64,000 nucleotides of DNA from Pelagibacteraceae bacterium AG-345-O09 (GTDB taxonomy: Bacteria; Pseudomonadota; Alphaproteobacteria; Pelagibacterales; Pelagibacteraceae): NCBI GenBank assembly GCA_003281725.1, contig QCBC01000005.1, positions 5,140-69,139 of the forward strand, written 5' to 3'. This document shows positions 20,291 through 30,795 of this stretch, one piece after another. The first letter of the stretch is position 1; each line of letters starts with the position of its first letter. Both the position numbers and the translations under genes were made by a program. The notes beneath the pieces are model-generated. The model was not told where the DNA came from and ran no database searches. It was given only the letters and a program-made list of their open reading frames with translations.

Positions 20291-21859
20291 TTAAAATACC
20301 AATAAACCCGCAATTACAAGGGCTAATAATCCAATAATAGATTGATTTCTAAAAGCAATCATTTCAGATTTTTTAGTATTTAAAGCCGTGTAAGAATTTG
20401 AATTTTGAGGTATTTGTCCACTTGCCAAATATGTAAGAGCTTGATTTGCTTTATCCATTATTTCAGGAAACTCTGGTAATCTTTTAATTACCTCTGATGT
20501 ACTTTGAAGTGTTTCATTTATAGTTGTCATTGGATCCTTTGTTTCTTTAAGCCAGCTTTCAAGCACAGGTTTTGAAGTTGTCCAAATATTAGTATTAGGG
20601 TTTAGTTTTCTTGCTACACCTTCAACTACAACCATTGTTTTTTGTAACATTAAAAGTTGAGGTTGAGTTTGCATATTAAATTTTTCAGTAACATCAAATA
20701 GCTGTTTTAACAATTTTCCACCAGAAATATCCTTTACTGCTTGACCAAAAATCGGTTCACCGATTGATCTTAATGCTTGGGCTAAATCATCAATTGGAAC
20801 TCCTTTTGGAACTAATCCTGCAACCAAATGTACTTCAGCAACTTTACGATAATCTCTTTGAATAAACCCAAATAATATTTCAGCTAAGAATCGTTTACTC
20901 ATTTTATCTAATCTACCCATAATTCCAAAATCTATAGGAACAATATGACCGTTATTATCTATAAATATATTTCCTTGATGCATATCAGCATGGAAAAAAC
21001 CATCTCTTACGGCATGTCTCAAAAAATTTTGTATAATATCTTCGGCAATCTTTTCTGTATTTAAATCTCTTTTTTTGAGCTCCTCAGTCTCCCTTATAGA
21101 AATGCCTTCTACCCAATCAAGTGTCATTACATTTTCACTTGTAAAATTCCAATAAATTTTAGGCACCCTAAAACCAACATCGTTTTTAGTATTTTCTGAA
21201 TATTCATTAGCGGCAGCAGCTTCAAATCTAAGATCCATTTCAAGGTTTGTTATCTCTTTTAATAAGAAAACGACTTCAACTAATTTAAGTCTTTTAGTTT
21301 TTTTAACCAGTGACTCAACTATAAAAGCAAATAACATCATTGCATCTATTTCTTCATTAAACATTTTTTTAATATTTGGTCTTAAAATCTTAATTGCTAC
21401 ATCTTTTATTGTGCCATCATCGTTAATTTGAGCTTTATGAACCTGGGCTATAGAAGCTGCTGCTACTGGTTGGCTTAAATCAATTATAGAATCATATGTA
21501 TCACTACCTAAGTCACTTTTTATTATTTCTTTAGCTTGAATTAATGAAAATGGTGGCAACTTGTCCTGAAGGTTTTCTAATTTTTTTGAAAGCTCTTCTC
21601 CAATAATATCTGGTCTTGTTGCTAGAAATTGACCTAGTTTTATAAAAGTTGTTCCCATTGACTCCAATGAACTAGATAAACGTTCACCTTCATCTTGATC
21701 AATAATACTCTCCTTTTTAGTGAAAAATGAAAAAGATAAAATTTTGAATAAAAGCCTTACAGCTAATGGGGGTTTTTGAAATTTTGAAATTATATTTAAT
21801 ATATCCGATCTAGCTACCTTTCTTCCAAGTTGAAATAAAGTAATTATTTTTTTTAACAT
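20291..21859 (-). CDS. ubiB: Ubiquinone biosynthesis kinase-like protein UbiB
   Basis: FIKLGQFLATRPD, AAASIAQVH, FFHADMHQGN, DFGIMG; start placed at 21859, coupled to the ubiE stop (TAATG). Confidence 0.95.
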   Translation of the reverse strand: MLKKIITLFQLGRKVARSDILNIISKFQKPPLAVRLLFKILSFSFFTKKESIIDQDEGERLSSSLESMGTTFIKLGQFLATRPDIIGEELSKKLENLQDKLPPFSLIQAKEIIKSDLGSDTYDSIIDLSQPVAAASIAQVHKAQINDDGTIKDVAIKILRPNIKKMFNEEIDAMMLFAFIVESLVKKTKRLKLVEVVFLLKEITNLEMDLRFEAAAANEYSENTKNDVGFRVPKIYWNFTSENVMTLDWVEGISIRETEELKKRDLNTEKIAEDIIQNFLRHAVRDGFFHADMHQGNIFIDNNGHIVPIDFGIMGRLDKMSKRFLAEILFGFIQRDYRKVAEVHLVAGLVPKGVPIDDLAQALRSIGEPIFGQAVKDISGGKLLKQLFDVTEKFNMQTQPQLLMLQKTMVVVEGVARKLNPNTNIWTTSKPVLESWLKETKDPMTTINETLQSTSEVIKRLPEFPEIMDKANQALTYLASGQIPQNSNSYTALNTKKSEMIAFRNQSIIGLLALVIAGLLVF

Positions 21860-22563
21860 TAAATTTTCCATCCACTATGTATAGAAACTATTCCACCAGA
21901 TAGGTTTCTATAAGTACAATTTTGAAAACCATTTCTTTTCATTAAATCAACCAATTCATCTTGGTTAACAAAGTTTTCAATACTTTTGACAAGATATTCA
22001 TAAGGTTCTTTTTCACCAACAATCAATTTTCCAATTGAAGGAATAACTTTTGAGTATTTTTTATATATAAAGTCCAATACAGAATTTTCTATTTTTGAAA
22101 ACTCTAGACATAAATATCGGCCACCAGGTTTTAATACCCTATATGCTTCACTCAAAGATTTATTTAGATCTTTTGTATTTCTTAATCCAAAACTTATAGT
22201 ATAAAAATCAAATGTATTTATAGACATAGGCAGTTTTTCTGCTGAAGCCACAACCCAGTTTAAGTTTTTAAATTTTTTTAGTTTTTCCTTACCTTTTTTT
22301 ATCATACCAATATTTGGGTCAACACATGTTACATAGGACTTTTTATTTACATAATTAAGAAAGATTTTAGCTATATCTCCAGTTCCACACGCTACATCAA
22401 TTAGTTTCTGATTTGATGTTGGATTCATCATATTTAATAGATCTTTTTTCCACAATCTATGAACTCCTAATGACATAAAATCATTCATTAAGTCGTATTG
22501 ATCATAAACTTGATCAAAAACATTTTGCACTAATCCTTTTTTATTTTGTAGATATTGTTGCAT
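21859..22563 (-). CDS. ubiE: Ubiquinone/menaquinone C-methyltransferase
   Basis: YDLMNDFMSLGVHRLWK, DVACGTGD, ISFGLRN, RVLKPGG; start placed at MQQY. Confidence 0.95.
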   Translation of the reverse strand: MQQYLQNKKGLVQNVFDQVYDQYDLMNDFMSLGVHRLWKKDLLNMMNPTSNQKLIDVACGTGDIAKIFLNYVNKKSYVTCVDPNIGMIKKGKEKLKKFKNLNWVVASAEKLPMSINTFDFYTISFGLRNTKDLNKSLSEAYRVLKPGGRYLCLEFSKIENSVLDFIYKKYSKVIPSIGKLIVGEKEPYEYLVKSIENFVNQDELVDLMKRNGFQNCTYRNLSGGIVSIHSGWKI

Positions 22564-22596
22564 AATAATAAATATATATATTGAATATAGTATCAA

Positions 22597-23461
22597 ATGC
22601 CAGAATTACCAGAAGTAGAAATTGTAAGACAATCACTAGATAAAAACATTAAATATAAAAAGGTTAAAAATGTAATAATAAGAAATAGAAACTTAAGATT
22701 TAAAATTCCTTTAAAATTTGAGAATTTTTTAAAAGGTCTGGAAATAACAAAAGTAGACAGATTTTCAAAGTATTTAATTCTATCTTTATCAAACAATAGT
22801 TTTTGTTTGTTACATCTTGGTATGTCAGGGACAATTCATTTAGTATCCAATAACAAAAAAAACTTTTTAACAAATACTAGTTTCTATAATTCTCCAATGT
22901 TACCAAATAAGCATAACCATATAGAAATAATTTTTTCAGATTTAAAGATTATTTACAATGATCCAAGAAGATTTGGTTTTTTACAAATTATAAGAGATTC
23001 AAATTTATTAAAAAAAAAGATTTCAACATCTTGGACCAGAACCATTTTCCTCCAATTTCAATTTAAGTTATATACTCTCATTTTTTAAGGGTAAAAAAAA
23101 AAATATTAAAAATTTTTTGTTAGATCAGAATTTTGTATCTGGTATTGGTAATATTTATGCAAGTGAAATTTTATTTTTGAGTAAAATTAATCCTAACAAA
23201 AAAGGATGTTTATTTAAAAAAAAGGATTGTAAAAAAATTATTATCAATTGTAAAAAAGTTTTATCAAATGCGATTAAAAAAGGAGGCTCAAGTATCAAGG
23301 ATTTTAAGAATACGGAAGGGGAATTGGGTGGTTTTCAAAAAAATTTTAATGTTTATGAAAGAGAAGGACTCAATTGCAAACGATCTAAATGCAAAGGCAC
23401 TATTAGAAAAAAAACTATTTCAAATAGATCAACTTTTTTTTGTAATTTTTGTCAAAAATAA
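22597..23461 (+). pseudogene. mutM: Formamidopyrimidine-DNA glycosylase split by an apparent +1 frameshift at A9 (23010-23018); may be intact in vivo
   Basis: MPELPEVE, HLGMSG, YNDPRRFG in the first frame; RFQHLGPEPF...LLDQ..VSGIGNIYASE and the C-terminal zinc finger in the second; A8 restores one ORF. Confidence 0.9.
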
Positions 23462-23473
23462 CAAATTATTTAA

Positions 23474-23502
23474 TTGACCAATATTAATTCTCAAGTTATA
23501 CC
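23474..23502 (+). promoter_or_regulatory. Putative rpsT promoter
   Basis: TTGACC-N17-TATACC ending 9 nt before the rpsT ATG. Confidence 0.6.
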
Positions 23503-23511
23503 CCTGCGCAT

Positions 23512-23772
23512 ATGGCTAATACCAAATCTGCAATCAAAAGAATAAGAAGAATTTCTAAACAAACTTCTGTAAATAAAGCGAGAAAAAGTAGATACAGAAA
23601 TGCTTTGAAGAAAATGAACCTATTAATAGATAAAAAAAATAAAATTGAAGCAGTAAAATTCTTACCTAAGTTGAATTCAGAATTAATGAAAGTTGTAAAA
23701 TCTGGCATAATCAAAAAACAGAACGCATCAAGAAATATCTCGAGAGTCTCTAGAAAGATATCTTTACTTTAA
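23512..23772 (+). CDS. rpsT: 30S ribosomal protein S20
   Basis: MANTKSAIKRIR...NKARKSR; mutM-rpsT-dnaA synteny. Confidence 0.97.
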   Translation: MANTKSAIKRIRRISKQTSVNKARKSRYRNALKKMNLLIDKKNKIEAVKFLPKLNSELMKVVKSGIIKKQNASRNISRVSRKISLL

Positions 23773-24046
23773 GTTATAAACTTTAAGTTGATTCAACTTT
23801 AAGCATACACTTTATATATACATTCATAGATTGGTAAAACAATATTTAGATTTAGTAAATATTTAAATATATTAAATTCAATTATAAATTTTATTTCTCA
23901 AAATTTTATATAAATTTTCTGTCAAGTGATTTTATATTTTAAATAAATAAAATTACACAATCCTAGATTTTATTTTTTTTATTTTTTTTTAAAAAATTTG
24001 TTGCAATAATCTCATTATGGTTCTAACTGGAGTCTCCCCAATAAAT

Positions 24047-25453
24047 ATGAGTAGTTCTTACATAAATAAAAATTTCAGCAATCCAAAAGTAGAAACTTTT
24101 GATTGGTCAAGAGTCCAGACTGAAATGAAAAATAAATTGGGGGCCGATATCTATGAAAGTTGGCTTAAAAAAATTAGTTTCGAGGAAGAAATAAATAATT
24201 ATGTGCTGTTATCGGTTCCTACCAGATTTATCCGTGATTGGATTACTTCAAGGTACCTGGACCAAATCTTAAAAATTATCAAAGACCATAAAAAAGATAT
24301 AATTCGAATTGAGTTTAAAATTGTTGAAAAAAACAGTGACAATATAAGCAATAATCAAAATACTAGTCCTTTAGAAAATAAAGAAAATGTATCTTTTATA
24401 AAAGACTCATATCTCCAATATAATCGTATAGATCCAAATAAAAAATTTGAAAATTTTATTACTGGATCGAGTAACAAACTTGCTTATGAAGCTTCGGTAA
24501 AAGTTTCGGAAAATATTTCTCATTATAACCCACTTTATATTTATGGTGGTGTTGGGATGGGTAAGACACATCTTTTAAATTCAATAGGCCTCGAATTAAA
24601 AAAAGTTAATAAAGTGATGTTTATTTCAGCAGAGCGTTTTATGTATCAATTTGTTAAATCTATAAAATCAAATGATATGGTTAAATTCAAAGAGTATTTT
24701 AGAAATACTGACATTTTATTAATAGATGATATCCAATTTATGAATGGTAAAGAGGCAATGCAGGAAGAATTCTTTCATACTTTTAATGCTTTGTTAGATA
24801 AGGGATCTCAAATTATTGTTTCTGCAGATAGATCTCCAAATAAATTATCCAGAATACAAGAAAGAATTAAATCTAGATTTTCAGGGGGATTAGTTGTTGA
24901 TATTCAAAAACCGGATTATGAGCTAAGAAAAAAAATTGTTGAAAATAAAATTAAAGAGTTAAATAGTTTATACACTGAACAATTTAAAATATCCCAAGAA
25001 ATTACCGATTTTATCAGTTCAGAAATAACAACCAGTGTAAGAGAACTAGTTGGAGCAATTAATCGAGTAGTATCGTTTTCAAGAATTTATAAAAAATTAC
25101 CAAATCTTGCTGAAACAAAAGTGGTACTAAAAGATCTACTAAATTTATATGAGAATAAGGTAACCATTGATCAAATTCAAACTGTTGTATGTAAATTTTT
25201 TAAGATTAGTAAAAATGAAATGTTATCTTCAAGAAGATCAAGATATTTAGTGAGGCCAAGACAGACAGCTATATATCTAACAAAAATCTTAACTTCAAAA
25301 TCTTTGCCTGAAATCGGACGAGAGTTTTCGAATAGAGATCACACAACTATCATACATTCTGTTAAAACTATTGAAAAATTAAAAGTTAAAGATCTGGATA
25401 TGGTTGACAATATTAACAAACTTAAAAATCAAATATTGTATAATAACGCTTAA
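24047..25453 (+). CDS. dnaA: Chromosomal replication initiator DnaA
   Basis: NPLYIYGGVGMGKTHL, LLIDDIQF, QEEFFHTFN, RDHTTIIH; start placed at MSSSY (24017 also possible). Confidence 0.97.
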   Translation: MSSSYINKNFSNPKVETFDWSRVQTEMKNKLGADIYESWLKKISFEEEINNYVLLSVPTRFIRDWITSRYLDQILKIIKDHKKDIIRIEFKIVEKNSDNISNNQNTSPLENKENVSFIKDSYLQYNRIDPNKKFENFITGSSNKLAYEASVKVSENISHYNPLYIYGGVGMGKTHLLNSIGLELKKVNKVMFISAERFMYQFVKSIKSNDMVKFKEYFRNTDILLIDDIQFMNGKEAMQEEFFHTFNALLDKGSQIIVSADRSPNKLSRIQERIKSRFSGGLVVDIQKPDYELRKKIVENKIKELNSLYTEQFKISQEITDFISSEITTSVRELVGAINRVVSFSRIYKKLPNLAETKVVLKDLLNLYENKVTIDQIQTVVCKFFKISKNEMLSSRRSRYLVRPRQTAIYLTKILTSKSLPEIGREFSNRDHTTIIHSVKTIEKLKVKDLDMVDNINKLKNQILYNNA

Positions 25454-25454
25454 A

Positions 25455-26567
25455 ATGAAATTTAACCTTAACCAACAAGATTTACAACAAGCATTAAATT
25501 ATTGTCAAGGAGTGATAGAAAAAAGAAGTACTCTTCCAATATTATCAAATATTTTATTAAATGCAGAAAAATCAAAACTTATTATTACGGCAACTGATTT
25601 AGATTTAATTTTTATACACCAAATAGATAACGTTGAAGTTTTAGAAGAAGGTAAAATTACGACAACATCTGCAATTATGTACGATATCGTGAGGAAATTT
25701 TCCTCTGGAAAAAAAATAAATTTAACTTTAACAGACATAAGTAAATTACATCTAGAATCTGAAAAATCTGTTTTTAACCTTAACTGTATAAGTGCTTCAG
25801 AATTTCCATTAACAGATGAAAACTTTAATCAAAATGAATTCTCAATAAAATCAAAAAACCTTTTAAAATTATTAAATAAGTGTAAATTCTCTGTTTCAAA
25901 TGACGAAACAAGACATTATTTAAGTGGGATCTACTTTCATCAAACAGAATTTGAGGATAAAAATTATCTCACAGCTGTTGCCACAGACAGTCACAGGATG
26001 TCTATATCAAAGATAAGATTAGATCAAAAAATAGACTTTGATCCTATAATATTGCCAAAGAAAACTATTTTTCAATTATGTTCATTATTAGAAAATTATG
26101 AAGGAGATGTAAAAATTTCAAATATAAAATCTAAAATAAAGTTTGAATTAAATAATAGTATTTTGATTTCAAAATTAATTGATGGAAAGTTTCCAAATTA
26201 TATTCAGGTAATACCAAAAAATAATCAAAAAAAATTAGAAATAGACCTTAAGCTTTTTTTAGATTCTGTTGATCGAGTTGCTTCTGTATCGCTTGATAAA
26301 AAGGATGGTGTAAAGTTTAATTTAGCTAAAGACACTTTAAACTTGTCTGTAAATAATACTAATAGTGGAGATGGAAAAGAATTACTTTCTGTGCAATTTG
26401 ATAACGAGTTAGAAATCAGTTTTAATTCAAGGTATCTATTAGATGTAGCATCTCAACTTGATGGAAGTAAAATAGAGTTATTTTTTAATGACACTGGATC
26501 TCCAGTATTAATAAAGGATCCTGGTGACTTTGATAGCATTTTTGTAGTAATGCCAATGAAGGGTTAA
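25455..26567 (+). CDS. dnaN: DNA polymerase III beta clamp
   Basis: LPILSNIL, ATDL, ETRHYLSG, ATDSHR, VVMPM; start at MKFN just after the dnaA stop. Confidence 0.97.
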   Translation: MKFNLNQQDLQQALNYCQGVIEKRSTLPILSNILLNAEKSKLIITATDLDLIFIHQIDNVEVLEEGKITTTSAIMYDIVRKFSSGKKINLTLTDISKLHLESEKSVFNLNCISASEFPLTDENFNQNEFSIKSKNLLKLLNKCKFSVSNDETRHYLSGIYFHQTEFEDKNYLTAVATDSHRMSISKIRLDQKIDFDPIILPKKTIFQLCSLLENYEGDVKISNIKSKIKFELNNSILISKLIDGKFPNYIQVIPKNNQKKLEIDLKLFLDSVDRVASVSLDKKDGVKFNLAKDTLNLSVNNTNSGDGKELLSVQFDNELEISFNSRYLLDVASQLDGSKIELFFNDTGSPVLIKDPGDFDSIFVVMPMKG

Positions 26568-27266
26568 TTTAATAAATCTAATTCTGAATAGATATCATTT
26601 TCTAAAATTTTCATAAATTCTTCTTTAGAATACTTGGACTCTATAGGTTTTAAGATTGAAATAGTTATATTTTTGTTTGGATTTTTTAAACCTTTTTTGG
26701 GCCAAACGTAACCAGAATTAATAGCAACAGGTTGGCACGTAATTTTTAATTCTTCATAAATTCTTGAAGCACCTTTCTTAAAAGGTGGTCTTTCATCTGG
26801 CAAAACCCTTGTTCCTTGTGGAAATATTATAAGTGGTTGATTTGAACTTGAAATTTTTTTTGATATATTTTCAAAGAATCCTAAATTGTCTTTAGTGATC
26901 TTATCTCTTTGAATAGAAATTGATCCAATTTTTTTTAAGTACCACCCAAATATAGGTATATGGAGTAATTCCTTTTTCAAAATAAATATTGGTGAATTAA
27001 AAATAGTTTGTAAATAAAAAGTTTCAAACATAGACTGATGAGAAGCTGCTATAAAAAACTTCTCATTTGTAATCATATTTTCTTTACCTTTAATAGTAAT
27101 CTTAGTAGATAAAAAAACTTTTAAGCAAAAACCAGTCCAATACCCCATCAACTTCCCACCAATTAGCACAATTTTTTTTGGTAAAAAAAAATGTAGGTAA
27201 AAAAAAAAGTGAAATAATTATGATTCCTAAAAAAAAGAAAATTGTAAAAATTATATTTCTAATCAT
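26564..27266 (-). CDS. plsC: 1-acyl-sn-glycerol-3-phosphate acyltransferase; N-terminal TM segment offset by an apparent +1 homopolymer frameshift
   Basis: HQSMFE, IFPQGTR, FKKGA motifs; upstream ATG 27266 gives MIRNIIFTIFFFLGIIIISLFFLPTFF, one base out of frame with the rest. Confidence 0.85.
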
Positions 27267-27278
27267 TTTTGTCAAAAG

Positions 27279-28493
27279 CTACATCAAGTCTTTGTGCTTT
27301 TGTCTTTTTCTAATTATTTTAATTTTTGATCCTTTTATTAATAACTCTATTGGCTTAGGTCTTTGATTATAATTTGAGCTCAAAGACATTCCATATGCTC
27401 CAACATCACAGATAACTATAAAATCATTTTCTTCAATTTCTTGAAAACTTTTTAAAGTAGTAAATTTGTCAGTACTCTCACAAATTGGTCCTACAACTTC
27501 ATAGGTTTTTTTTGAATTTGTATTTTTTTTAACAGAAGGTAACATCTTATGTGAAGCACCATATAATGCTGGCCTCATGAAATCATTCATAGCAGCGTTA
27601 ATAATGACAAAATTTTTTCTTCCACTTTTTTTAATATAAATTACTTTTGAAATTAGAGTGCCCGTATCACCTATAATTGATCTACCAGGTTCAAATATAA
27701 TTTTTGATTTATTATTTTTTAAAAATTTTTTTATAGCAATATTGTATCTTTTGTAATTAAGTTTTTTATCATTATCGTCATAGGAAATTCCCATCCCTCC
27801 ACCGAGATCTATAAACTCAAATTTATGATTAACTTTATTTATAATTTTACCAAGAATTCTAAGCATTTTTTCATATGGTCTATGATCTAAAATTTGACTT
27901 CCAATATGAACACTTAAACATTTAAGGATTATATTTTTAGAACCTTTACAATATTTAACAAGTTTACAAAAAGTTTTTTCGTTAACACCAAATTTATTTT
28001 CTTTTTTTCCAGTTGAAATCTGTTTCAAAGTTTTTGCGTCTGTATTAGGATTTAATCTGATACCAACATAAACTTTTTTCTTTTTTGATTTAGCTATTCT
28101 TTCAATTTCTTTAATTTCACTTTCAGATTCAGCATTTATTAAAAGTATATTTTTATCAATTGCATAGTCTATTTCATTTGATGTCTTTCCTACTCCAGAA
28201 AAAACAATTTTTTTGGGCTTTATACCTGCTTTAATAGCTATCATTAATTCACCCATTGATACAACATCCGCCCCAAGACCTAATTTGCTAATTTCCTTAA
28301 TCAAATTAACATTTGTATTAGATTTGACCGAAAAACATATCAATGGAGAAAAGGACTTAAAATTTTTCTTAAAATTTTTAATATTTTCTTTTAATTGTTT
28401 ATAGGAGTAACAATAAGTTGGAGTTTTATACTTTTTAGCAATATTTTCTACAGCAACTTTTTCAATTGAAAGCTTTTTATTTATATATTTCAT
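27279..28493 (-). CDS. lysA: Diaminopimelate decarboxylase
   Basis: FSVKSN PLP lysine, HIGSQ, DLGGG, EPGRS, GPICES, GAYG. Confidence 0.96.
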   Translation of the reverse strand: MKYINKKLSIEKVAVENIAKKYKTPTYCYSYKQLKENIKNFKKNFKSFSPLICFSVKSNTNVNLIKEISKLGLGADVVSMGELMIAIKAGIKPKKIVFSGVGKTSNEIDYAIDKNILLINAESESEIKEIERIAKSKKKKVYVGIRLNPNTDAKTLKQISTGKKENKFGVNEKTFCKLVKYCKGSKNIILKCLSVHIGSQILDHRPYEKMLRILGKIINKVNHKFEFIDLGGGMGISYDDNDKKLNYKRYNIAIKKFLKNNKSKIIFEPGRSIIGDTGTLISKVIYIKKSGRKNFVIINAAMNDFMRPALYGASHKMLPSVKKNTNSKKTYEVVGPICESTDKFTTLKSFQEIEENDFIVICDVGAYGMSLSSNYNQRPKPIELLIKGSKIKIIRKRQKHKDLM

Positions 28494-28624
28494 TATGCTT
28501 TATTTTTAAGAACTATTTGCAGATCAGTTTTTTTTTCAGGATCTTTGTATATAGGGTCTCCTTTTTTTCCGCACGAAACTATTAAGTAACTTAGAGCTAA
28601 AAAGAAAAAAATTTTTTTAATCAT
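28493..28624 (-). CDS. lptM: Small lipoprotein LptM/YifL-like, 43 aa (not in ORF track)
   Basis: MIKKIFFFLALSYLIVSCGKKGDPIYKDPEKKTDLQIVLKNKA; lipobox plus CGxKG motif; start overlaps the argH stop and stop overlaps the lysA start. Confidence 0.82.
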   Translation of the reverse strand: MIKKIFFFLALSYLIVSCGKKGDPIYKDPEKKTDLQIVLKNKA

Positions 28625-30012
28625 TTAGTTTTTTTATACTTCATTATCATTTTTTTAATATTATCAAAAGATGTTCCTCCATAAGATCTTTTAGAATTAA
28701 CAGAATTCTTTAAATCAAATACTTTAAAAACGTCATCTTTCAGCCCTGGTACAATTTTTTTCATTTCATCTAAACTTAATTCATTAAGATTTTTTTTCTT
28801 TTTTTCTGCTAGATTTACTATTCCTGCTGTCTTTTGATAAGCTTTTCTAAAAGACAAAGAGTGATTTTTAACAAGATAATCTGCTAAGTCTGTCGCTGTA
28901 ATGTAACCATCATTTGCAAGTTTAAACATTTGTTCTTTGTTTGGTCTAAAGTTTTTTATAATTTCTTCAAAAATTTTCAAGCAACCAATTAAAGTATCAT
29001 AGGATTTAAAAACTATTTCTTTGTCATCTTGAAGATCTTTAAAATATGATAATGGTAATCCTTTCAAAATTGTTAACATAGAAAATAAATTTCCATAAGC
29101 ACTACCTGATTTTCCTCTTAAGAATTCTAAAAGATCTGGATTTTTTTTTTGAGGCATTATGGATGAACCAGTAACAACTTTGTCTGATAAATTTATTAAG
29201 TTGTAAGCATCAGAATTCCATATAATAAGTTCCTCTGCAATTCTTGAAATATGCATTGAACAAACGGACACACTGTAAAGAAAATCTAAAACAAAATCTC
29301 TGTCAGAAACAGTATCAATTGAATTATTAGTTGGTTTATTAAATCCTAATTTTTTTGTAGTATAGTTTCTGTCAATATTAAATGATGTTCCGGTAAGCGC
29401 AGCCACACCTAAAGGATTTTCATTTAAACTATCTAGATTATTATCAAATCTTTTTTTATCACGGCTAAACATTTCGACATATGCCATAAGATAATGTGCA
29501 AAAGAAATTGCTTGTGCATTTTTGAGATGTGTAAAACCTGGCATTATTGTGTAAATATTTTTTTCAGCTAATTTTAGCGAACTTTTAATTAGTGAATTCA
29601 ATTTTAAGTTTATTTCTTTATTTGCTGATTTAATCCATATTTTAAAATCAGCTATAACTTGATCATTTCTTGATCGAGCTGTGTGCACATATCCCGCTTC
29701 ATCTCCAATGATTTGAAAAAGTCTTTTTTCAATATTCATATGAATATCTTCATATTTTTCATTAAATTCTAATTTATTTTTTGAAATTTCTTTTTCTATT
29801 TTATTAAGTCCATAAATAATTTTATTTTTAATTTTAAAAGTTATTATTTTTTGTTTAAATAACATCTCTACATGAGCAATAGATACAGCTATATCTTCCT
29901 TATAAAGTCTTTTATCAATGTTTATAGAGCTCCCAATTTTCTTAAAAAGATTAGATGTATTATCCTTAATTCTAGTACCCCATATTGCCTGGTTGTTTTT
30001 ATTTTTTGCCAT
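28621..30012 (-). CDS. argH: Argininosuccinate lyase
   Basis: HTARSRNDQ, PGFTHL, GSSIMPQKKNPD signature. Confidence 0.98.
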   Translation of the reverse strand: MAKNKNNQAIWGTRIKDNTSNLFKKIGSSINIDKRLYKEDIAVSIAHVEMLFKQKIITFKIKNKIIYGLNKIEKEISKNKLEFNEKYEDIHMNIEKRLFQIIGDEAGYVHTARSRNDQVIADFKIWIKSANKEINLKLNSLIKSSLKLAEKNIYTIMPGFTHLKNAQAISFAHYLMAYVEMFSRDKKRFDNNLDSLNENPLGVAALTGTSFNIDRNYTTKKLGFNKPTNNSIDTVSDRDFVLDFLYSVSVCSMHISRIAEELIIWNSDAYNLINLSDKVVTGSSIMPQKKNPDLLEFLRGKSGSAYGNLFSMLTILKGLPLSYFKDLQDDKEIVFKSYDTLIGCLKIFEEIIKNFRPNKEQMFKLANDGYITATDLADYLVKNHSLSFRKAYQKTAGIVNLAEKKKKNLNELSLDEMKKIVPGLKDDVFKVFDLKNSVNSKRSYGGTSFDNIKKMIMKYKKTK

Positions 30013-30036
30013 GATAATTAATTATACCTATTTAAC

Positions 30037-30546
30037 ATGAGATTTTTAATAATTTTAATTTTTTTAATATTTAATTCATTTGCTATAGAGGCATCTGATA
30101 TAAAAAATCTCGTAATAAATAAAGATTTAAAAAAATACGAAGATTTAACGTTTTTAGATGATCAAAAAAATCAAATAGACTTGAGTGATTATAAAGGAAA
30201 TTTGATCTTATTAAATTTTTGGGCAACTTGGTGTGCTCCTTGTAAAGAAGAAATGCCCTCTTTAGATTTATTGCAAAATCAAGAAAATTTAGACAAATTA
30301 AAAATTTTTCCGATAAATGTTGGGCAAGATAATCTTGAAAACTCATTAAAATTTTTTGAAGATCTAAAAATAAAAAATTTAAAAATTTATTTTGACTCAC
30401 CTATAACTTTGGCAAAAAAATTTGGCCTAAGAGGAGTACCAACTTCAATTATATTTAATAAGGATGGATTAGAGTTTGCTAGAATAATTGGATCTATAGA
30501 TTTTAATGATCAAAAGTTTATTGATTGGTTAGCAAACTATAATTAA
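30037..30546 (+). CDS. tlpA: TlpA-family thiol-disulfide reductase
   Basis: N-terminal anchor, NFWATWCAPCKEEMP, GVPT. Confidence 0.9.
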   Translation: MRFLIILIFLIFNSFAIEASDIKNLVINKDLKKYEDLTFLDDQKNQIDLSDYKGNLILLNFWATWCAPCKEEMPSLDLLQNQENLDKLKIFPINVGQDNLENSLKFFEDLKIKNLKIYFDSPITLAKKFGLRGVPTSIIFNKDGLEFARIIGSIDFNDQKFIDWLANYN

Positions 30547-30746
30547 TTTTTGAAAAAATAAGCAAAACAAACTAAAATTATTACTGCAATGAATTGTAGC
30601 AAAACTCTTAATTGCATCAGTTTGTTGGAATATTTTTTACTTGTTTCCCCACCTTTAAATAAAGTACCAATACCTAGAATTAAAACTACTCCAACTGCGA
30701 TTAAAAATGTTATAGATAAAATTTTTACAATTGTTCCAGAAATCAT
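30543..30746 (-). CDS. HIG1-domain twin-TM small membrane protein
   Basis: SNKLMQLRVLLQF motif between two TM helices; start placed at MISG. Confidence 0.85.
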   Translation of the reverse strand: MISGTIVKILSITFLIAVGVVLILGIGTLFKGGETSKKYSNKLMQLRVLLQFIAVIILVCFAYFFKN

Positions 30747-30795
30747 AATAGTATTGTAGGGTATTTTAAAAATAAAAAAACATAATTCATAAAGT

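Noticed and set aside
23773-24046. oriC next to dnaA
   Set aside because: No TTATCCACA-type boxes or CtrA TTAA-N7-TTAA sites seen; alphaproteobacterial origins are often unlinked to dnaA
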